This document shows positions 55,060 through 64,000 of a stretch of 64,000 nt of DNA, piece by piece; positions within the stretch are counted from its first letter, which is position 1, and the number at the start of each line of letters is the position of its first letter. Under the pieces are notes generated by a model. That model had not been told where the DNA came from. It made no database searches and worked only from the letters and a program-made list of their open reading frames with translations. The DNA is from Blastocystis sp. Blastoise (taxonomy: Eukaryota > Protista > Bigyra: Opalinata), in NCBI GenBank assembly GCA_039096225.1, contig JBBPEB010000005.1, forward strand, positions 1,054,001 to 1,118,000, read 5' to 3'. The position numbers and the translations under genes were made by a program.

Positions 55060-56530
55060 CAGTCATGTAAAAAACCGGACACGCCAGTGTTTTTATTCTT
55101 TTTTCTCCACGATTATTTATTATTTCTTTACAACTTTTTGAATTTATAATATATAATGATTACTCTATACAAAAATGTTTTTTTCTTTTTTATTAAAATA
55201 AGAAAGAATATCGAACAAAAAATGTCTAGTTTTTTACATTTTCTGCCTTTTCTTTAAAACTTTTCTTTTGAGTACTCCTAATAAATATAAACGTATAAAA
55301 TCATATATATATAATCTATGTGTATGCTGTAGTCTATATATACCTTATCTAATAAATCATTCAAGTATATTAACTCCTTCTTGACTGATCATTTCGTTTT
55401 TTTTTTGTTTTATTTTTTCTTACAAAAAAATTGTTTTGTGTTTAAATATATATTATATATGGTAGGTGTGTATAAGAGGTATTGATTGATATTATTTTAC
55501 AGTACTTATACCCTTTAAGAATAGTAAATATCGTGTGTTTCTTGAAAAACTGGACTTTTAACCCTCAAAAAACCCCTTTTTAGTTAATTATTTTAACAAT
55601 ACTTCCATCAAGTGTGTATTATTTTTTTAAATTTAAGAGTTTGCATTATCCTTTTAAAGAATATAAATATTATAATGTTTCAAGTAATATTTTAACACGA
55701 TAGAGATATGCTCAAAGTTTGTTGTTTTTTTTCATTTGTTCGATTGCCAAGATTGAATTTGTTTCTGATCAAGATATTTTGTCTACAGTGATAAACGATA
55801 GCATAAGGCGTATTCATAATATAAAAAACTATTAAAAGTTATTCATTTTTTCTGATTGACAATCTACATTTTGTTCACATTTTTTAAATAACTTTCAATG
55901 GTCTTTACACTATTTTTAGTTGCAACTTATTACTATTTTTTTAATTACTGTATGTTAAACAATTCGTTTTTTTATTATTGAAAACAATTCGTGGTGAAAT
56001 ATTGTTTTTTTCCCTGGTTGAATGCAAATGGGGGGTCTTTTTTTGTAAAAAAATATTGTATATTCTTGTTATTTTCCTCAAGTTATATGAAGAAGTTATC
56101 AATTCTTTATAAATTATCTTCTACATATATAACGAAATTTAATATGATATAATTGTATTGTAAGATAATATGTTTTATGATAAAGTTGTAAATGAGCTCA
56201 TTGCTTGTGTAAAATCCTTTTAGAGATAGGTTTTTAAAAAATAATTGTCCTGCTGTCATGTGCATAGTACTCCGTCCATATATCAGTAATCTAGCATCAA
56301 AAATATCATTTTAAATACAAAACAAAGAAAAATATTTATACATATATTTTTGGTAAAAAACCGGACATTTTCAGTTAAGCAGTATGCAATATTTTTTTAA
56401 TAATAAAAAATATATAGTTGTGTACACCTTGGTCCATAATATCTTAAGAAAAAAAACATTTAAAAAATGCTTTAAAATAAAAGAAAAATAAACGAAAAAA
56501 AGGACTGGTGTCCGGTTTTTTACATGACTG
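55060..56530. mobile_element. Non-autonomous/decayed Tc1-mariner(pogo)-superfamily DNA transposon
   Basis: Perfect 23-bp TIR CAGTCATGTAAAAAACCGGACAC at 55060-55082, with its inverse at 56508-56530. Both ends are flanked by TA (55058-59, 56531-32). No long ORF inside. Confidence 0.85.
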
Positions 56531-57655
56531 TATATAAAATACAAAAACAAAAAACACTTTCTCCTGATATCAAATGCTTCTTTTTTTAAAGAAAGGAGAC
56601 AGTTCAAAAAATAGTAGAAAATGGAATTTATTTTTAGAATTTCGAATAGAATATTGATGAAAAGAATCAATTAGAATTCGAAGAGTATTCTGGAAATAAA
56701 GAGTGTTTGTTGTATTCAAAAAGGTTTTTAAGGGCATTAGTGTGGACGAGGATTCGTGGTTCATATAGTCTGTAACAAAAGTATTCCTTTCAATTAATTA
56801 CTAAAGGAATTATAAATGATTATTCAAATGTCTACTACTTTAAAGTATTATAAAGGTTTATTATGAATTGTGTGTGATCCTCTGAAATCTCTACTCAAAA
56901 AAAATAATAAATAAACCAAGAATGATAGATAGAATGTGTTTTATTAGGAAAATGAGCTTATTTTTATGAGAAATAAGGATATAAATATGATTTTTATGAT
57001 AGTTTTCTAATGAAGCAACACTTTTAATGAAGAAAAAGTACATTATTTCTTTGGTAAACAAAAAAAAATAAAAGATTTAAGTAAAACAAAAACAACAAGA
57101 TTTCTGGACATAAAAGAACTAATAATAATATAAGAACAATATAGGATAATATAATATTAATAAAAAAAAAGAAAATAGAATGTTGATCGAAAAGAAATGA
57201 TAGAAAAATAGTATAGAGAGGAAAGATATATTTATTAGATTAATTAGCATAAACTATATAAATAAAAGTGATAAAAATTGAAAGAAGAAATTAATTTTTA
57301 ATAATGTATATATATAGATATATATATGTGTTTGAGAATTGTTTAAATTATTAAAAAAATATATCAATACTCAAATGTATATATATATATGCTTGTTTTA
57401 TATTAAGAATGAATTGATATGAAAAAAAAAATAGAATATATAAAGTAATAATAATTATTTATATATGATTATTAAAAGTATACATAATAAGAAAACATGG
57501 AAAACAAGTAATAAGTATATATATATGTAATAGAATAAGTATGATATATATATATGTTAATTAATTTAGTTATAATATATATATATGTTAATTAATTTAG
57601 TTATAATATATATATATATGCTAATTAATTTAGTTATAATATATATATATATATG

Positions 57656-57989
57656 TTAGTTGATTTTAGCTACACCATATATAGTGTGTATGAATATATA
57701 TGAGCTTATAAATCCCAGGGAAGCGGCTATTAAATAGAGTAAGAGACTCACAATAGACACATAACTATAGAGAAGAATAACATAGTATTATTTATATATA
57801 AGTTATTATAAATATTTATAGAATATAAATATATTTAATATAATAAATAAATAAATAAATAAAAATATTAAAAAAAAAAACAAATAAATAAATAAATAAA
57901 TAAAAATATTAAAAAAATAAAAAAATAAAAAAAAAATAAATAAATAAATAAATAAATAAATAAAAAAATAAATAAAAATATTAAAAGTA

Positions 57990-58026
<37 letters not shown>

Positions 58027-59504
58027 AGTGAATAGTATAATAAGCAAGCATACCCTATAAAATCAGTGATTATAATAATACTATTTAATTCATAAAATCG
58101 AGAGAAACAGAAGATCATGGCGGCAAAAAAGAAGAGGGAACAAGATCCTGTAGCTTGTAAGGACAGCCACCACCAGTTATAATCCTCATTATTTAATTTA
58201 GCAAATAATATAATCATGGAAATCTCAATACAACTTAATATAAATAATATAAATATAACGAGAATAAAACCAAAATAAACATAATAACGATCTCCCCAAA
58301 GGCACGTGACCATCAAATATAACTCTACAAATGACACGCCAAATGGAATAACTCCTCCGAGAACCATTAATATCCATGATTTGGCATACCTATAATAATA
58401 GTGTAGAATGATTTAGTTATTCTTTTAGAAAGATTAATACTAATAAGCATATAAGTAGAATATGTATAATAATAAGCATATAAGTAGAATATATATAATA
58501 AGCATATTAGTAGAATATATATAATAAGCATATAAGTAAAATATATATAATAATAAGCATATAAGTAAAATATATATAATAATAACTATAATAATAATTA
58601 CCATGGCTTTTTAGGGATTTCACGTGGAATAGCACTAGTGACGACGGGTGAGTCGATAGGATCACGTGCATATCCATTCGTACAACCAATATATGTAATA
58701 GGTACATATAAACATAATAATAATGAAAATAATTTGAATACATTTTTGAATAGAATAGCATTTGATGAATGAACAATTAAATGGATTGAATTCATAAATA
58801 AAATAATACATAAGAAAATACCTATATAAAATAGTAATAGAGATTTATTATTATATTTATAATAATAAGGAATTAGGATTATATTAGTAATAATAATAAT
58901 ATTAATATATATATACAAGGATAAACAAATGTAGTAATAAAGAAATTAGCAAGAAGACTCTTTCCATTTAAGTTTTTATATAAGAATGATGATATATACC
59001 CTGAGAAGTATCCATTAATAATATAGAGGAATAATATTATAGTGTTATAAGCATTTAGTTGAGAGGGGTCAGGAAGGAGGTAAAACGAAAGAAAGCAGGC
59101 TTCTAAACATGTAAGAAGGATCTGTATACCATTACCCTATATAGTAGTATATAATATAATTATACTTTTATTAATAATAATATAATAGTTACAATATATA
59201 TAATAGTATATAAGAGTATATACTATATATATATATATATATATATACAACAGTGGCACATAATAGAGTCATCATAAATCGTGGGGGTCTAAATACATCG
59301 GCATGTAACAGTTTCCAACCGCTTTCTTCAAAGTCACCATTGTTATTATCCTCTACACCTAACTATATATATAATAATATATATAATAATATATATATAA
59401 TAATAATAAAAAAAAATATAATAATAATAATAATAATATATACACGATTATAATGTGAATAATCTTGAAAAACTGTTCTTAATAAAATTACACCCAATAT
59501 ACCC

Positions 59505-59543
<39 letters not shown>

Positions 59544-60087
59544 TAATCATAATAATCATAATAATAATAATAATAAATATAACAATAATAATACTATATA
59601 TATACAGCTAAGAAGATAACAATAAGAATGGAGTTCGCAATACTAAACCAATGTATATTTGTAGCTAGACCCAACTGATCCGCGTATATATAATTATCAT
59701 AGCGGGAAATCCAAGCGCGGGAAGAAGGAACCCATTCGACGGCATATGTATAGAGAATACGAGTAGATGGCTATATAGGCATATAATAAACATAATAAAT
59801 ATAATAAATATAATAAATATAATAAATATAATAAATATAGTAAATATAGTAAATATAATAAATATAATAAATATAATAAATATAATAAATATAATAAATA
59901 ATAAATATAATTAATATAATAATATAATTAATATAATAAATAAAATAAATATAATAATAATAATATATATATATATATACAGATGATGATGAGATAACGT
60001 TAAGAGGCATGCCTATATAAGAACAAGAGTGAAGAACTCCCTTAGTAACATCCTCCTCAGAGAATCGATTGAACGACTCATGACGCA

Positions 60088-60121
<34 letters not shown>

Positions 60122-61067
60122 ATAAAGAAGCGAAATATATAAGTACAAAACAAGAAATATATATATTAATATTTAAACAATAAATAAACTCTATATAATA
60201 ATCACTAAATACTAAACTATAAAAATTAAAAAAAAAAGAAATAAAATGTTAAATAGATTATAATGTAATTATTATATATATATATGCCTTGAAGGAATAA
60301 CTTCAAATCCATGAATTTCAATTAATTTATCTTCTGTTTCATGATAATATATAATAAAATGTAAATGATTATTAATAGCATTTCCAATAATAGTATTATT
60401 TTGAGGATCTGCGATAACACCTCCCAAGGGAAAACCATGCTCATAACTAGAAAAAGAAATAAAATCATGATTATTTATTATAATGTATAGATATAGAAAA
60501 AAGTAGTTTACATACATTAAGAAAATAAGACTATTAAAAAATAAAATAAAATATATAAAAAAACATACAAAGAATCTCCAGTGGATGTAATGACTTTCAT
60601 TGTAGCAGGTATGCCATCTAATATCATATGAACAGAGTATTCATTGGATATTAAATATTCTAATTGGTTGACTTCTTGTTGAGTATATTTTTTATCGGAT
60701 ACAACAGTACCTAGATGAACAAAGTAGTTGTAATAATATTAATATCGTTAATAATTTGTAAAATAAAAGACAAGAAAGAAATACATGTTTCATCTTGTTT
60801 GATTTTGATAGTATATAAAGAATTCTCAATATGATTATCTGAGATTATATCACCAAGATTATCTTTATGATGATCAATCGAAGGAGGAGAAGGAAGTGGT
60901 ACAGAGTAGTAGTCAAAAGGAATATGTGTTTTAAGGGAAGTAAGACTATTGACTTTTATGTTAAGTTCTGTGCCAACTGAATAAGTTCTTGGTGCTGAAG
61001 CTGAGACAATAGTCATAGAATGGACCAACGTAACATAGAGAAGAAGATTTACGAATAGGATATGCAT
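57656..61067 (-). CDS. Transmembrane 9 superfamily (nonaspanin/EMP70) protein
   Basis: IKVNSLTSLKTHIPFDYY, IHWFSIANS, EESGWKLLHADVFRPP, GGVIPFG..FVEL, EDYNWWW. Contains one GC-AG intron. Confidence 0.95.
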
Positions 61068-61408
61068 ATTCTCTCTTTATCAATAAGAATCAAAGTGAAG
61101 CAATTTCAAAACATAATTCATCATGATTGTTTATTCGTGAAAGAAATTGCTATTTTACTGAAAACAATACAAATCTCCACGGTTATAAGTTTTGTAAGGA
61201 TTCTTTAGTTTAATATTTTATTGTCGAATATACACAATTTAATACGATTTAACATATTATCTTCTTTGTTTAACTTATACCAAACGATTTTATTTTTTAA
61301 TTACGAGGAATATATTATGGTAATTTATATGATGACGAAAAGTGTAAAAAATAAAATAAAATAAAAATGGAAAATTAAAGATAGAAACAGATAAGTATAT
61401 ATTGATGC

Positions 61409-64000
61409 TTAAGAAAAGTAGAAATAAAACAATTTCATATAATCAATGGAAACGGATAGAAATTGTGATGTGTTGTTACTCTTTAGGAGATCCTCTAAGT
61501 ATATTCTATAGAAAATATTTCATAGTTGTATATTTCGATGAATATAGAAAGTAATTGTAAATAAATAGTATATATATCTATACTTATCTTTTGTAGATGT
61601 ATTTATTAAATTGAATACTTTGTTAATAAGTATTGTTTCATCATAAACGCAATTATATTCTGTAAATTTATTTAATAATGGAGTAATAAATAATTTATAA
61701 TGAAAACGATCAAAATATTTTAAACCTGGAGCACGTATTAAATTAAATAATATCTATATATATATAATGTTATTATTATGTTATTTAATAAATATATAAT
61801 GTTATTATTATGCTTTTTTAAATGAATATATAATGTTATTATTATGTTTTTAATAAATATATAATGTTATTATTATGTTTTTTTAATAAATATATAATGT
61901 TATTATTATGCTTTTTTAAATGAATATATAATGCTATTATTATGTTATTTAATATATATATAATGTTATTATTATTATGTTTTTAATGAATATATATATA
62001 ATGTTATTCATATAATAGAGTAGAATATCTTTATATATATATACAGTAATACAATTAGGTATGTTTAAATGATGATATATAAATAATAATTCAAAAAACA
62101 TATTTTGGGTCTATATATATATAGATTATTATATATGTATAAAGATATAACATATAATAATAGCATACAATATGGTCAATTGCTTGATTATACAAAGATA
62201 AATAATGTTTTATATAATTATAATTAAGATTATAGTCACCTATATATATATATATGTTTATTAATATATATATATATACCAAAAATAAGCATATCATGAA
62301 TAGAAATCAAAGTATCATTATTTTTATCAAATGATTTAAACTATATATATATATATATAATTATAATTATAATAACTTATCTATAAATAAAACTACATAC
62401 AAATATACATAAATTCTTAAATAGATTTATATTGAATAAACTGTTTTCTAAAAGATGTTCTTTTTGTCTTGAAGATTCTTGAAATGCAGTCACGTGCTTT
62501 GATTGAGGGATGGATGCGTTATAAGGGATATAAATTGTACTATTGTAACATTCGTACGGTTGTTTTGTAAATAGAAGAAATTCACGCAGAATCGGACATA
62601 CCAGTAATTCATATATCGAAATAACTATATATATATATATAGTTTATTATAATAATCTAGATTATTATTTTTATGAAAGTCTATTCTATTCAATTAAATC
62701 AATATAAATATATATATATATATATAATACATTGAGTTTTAATTTGAAGTGTAACTTTGAAACAATTACAAACGAATGCTATATACTGAACAACAAAGTC
62801 TTTCTATGTATGTATGTATATATATATAGTATTAAATGAATATGATATATAATAGTATATAAATAGAATAATGATTATGTGTATATATATTACTTGAATA
62901 GTAAATTGACTTTGAAAGCATTGAACTTGATGATCTATATAATTATAGAATTCAGGAACTGTAATTATATCGTCATTTGAATCAGAATAAGATCTATATA
63001 TATGTAATTATTATTATTAATAATGTATATATATAATTATTATTATTAATAATGTATATATATGTAATTATTATTATTAATAATGTATATATATGTAATT
63101 ATTATTATTAGCAATTTATATATTATTTAAATAAAAATTATTTTTAATAATAAATTAGTAAATCAAATGAACATTATTATCAATAATGTTTATATTATTT
63201 AAATAACAATAATAATAATATATATACTAGAAATCCAAATAACAATAACAATAATATATATACAATAAATCAAAATAGCAATCATAATAGGAAACTAGTT
63301 CGACAAGAAATAAAATAAGATCATCACAAGATATAGTTGTATCTTTTGAATTAATTAATAACTATATATATACAATAATGATGATGAATAAGAACTATGA
63401 TATATATAGAATAAAAAAAATACTTTAGAAAATAATTGTGGCTGAAATATGAATTCTAAAGGATGATTACAGAAGACAGAACATAATCTTTCATAATCCT
63501 GAGATGTTAGTGAAATTCTATGTGCAAGTTGACTTGATACCTCACCCACATGCTATATTGAATAAAACATTTTGAGTAAAGAAAAATATAATAAGAGCCT
63601 ATATAAAGAATCAATATACTTGCATTGTTATTTTAGACCTCTTGCGAAGATCTAAGGCGTGTTTTCGAGCAATTTCTGAAACTAATGTTGAAGACTCCAA
63701 CATATCCAGACTCTATAAATAATAAATTATTGTTTTAAAGAGAACAAATAGATTATATGTAGAACTATGTAACAGAAAAATACAAACGACTTTCTTTTGG
63801 AGAGAGGTGACTGATTTGTTTTGAGTGGAGCCAAAGAAATAATACTTGATTTTTCTAAACTTAAGCAATCTATAAAAAATTCAAAATGAGCATAAACGAC
63901 AGTAATAGAAGCACAAAATATGAACAATTGAATACCTAATTCATATTCTTCATCAGATTTAAAACCTATCTTTTTGAGTTTTGATATAATAAGGTCTTTG
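61409..64000 (-). CDS. Divergent PP2A B''-gamma (PPP2R3C)-like EF-hand protein; 5' end off window
   Basis: In-phase exons: FQPQLFSK, LSYSDSNDDIITVPEFYNYI, FKSFDKNNDTLIS, KVFNLI..DKIYLEDLLKS..FLSVSID. Confidence 0.55.
61778..62010. repeat. Intronic ~30-bp minisatellite (ATATATAATGTTATTATTATG..); similar arrays at 63000-63110 and 58440-58580
   Basis: Several degenerate tandem copies are visible. Confidence 0.8.

Noticed and set aside
56371-56764. ORFs overlapping the transposon right end as transposase
   Set aside because: Short, low-complexity, extend outside the TIR and contain no DDE/HTH motifs.

Overview
Very AT-rich (about 20% GC by eye), gene-dense, intron-rich eukaryotic nuclear DNA in the standard genetic code. 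Most ORF-track entries are exon fragments or microsatellite artefacts. Hand-splicing gives 20 protein genes: Ig-like/HRM-like surface protein, small TM protein, AP2 factor, TSET TTRAY/TWD40, INTS9, zeta-COP, RPN8, CEP164-like, CENP-M, 4x GILT-like protein, GUCD1, coiled-coil protein, sideroflexin, UNC-93-like MFS, CorA, USP7-like protease, TLDc, TMEM62-like, TM9SF and PPP2R3C-like. There is also a tRNA-Glu(TTC) and a 1.47-kb TA-flanked Tc1/mariner-type TIR element. Gene content suggests a Blastocystis/Proteromonas-like stramenopile (inference only). The strongest unexplained signals are: (1) a GC-rich palindrome CC(GC/GT/AC)GG with (AA|TTC)...(TT|GAA) flanks, seen at least 25 times, almost all inside exons and in all three frames; (2) introns capped at both ends by self-complementary (TA)n, some being pure G(TA)nG; (3) a few introns with no in-phase GT donor. 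All counts and exon models were made by eye and need computational and RNA-seq confirmation.
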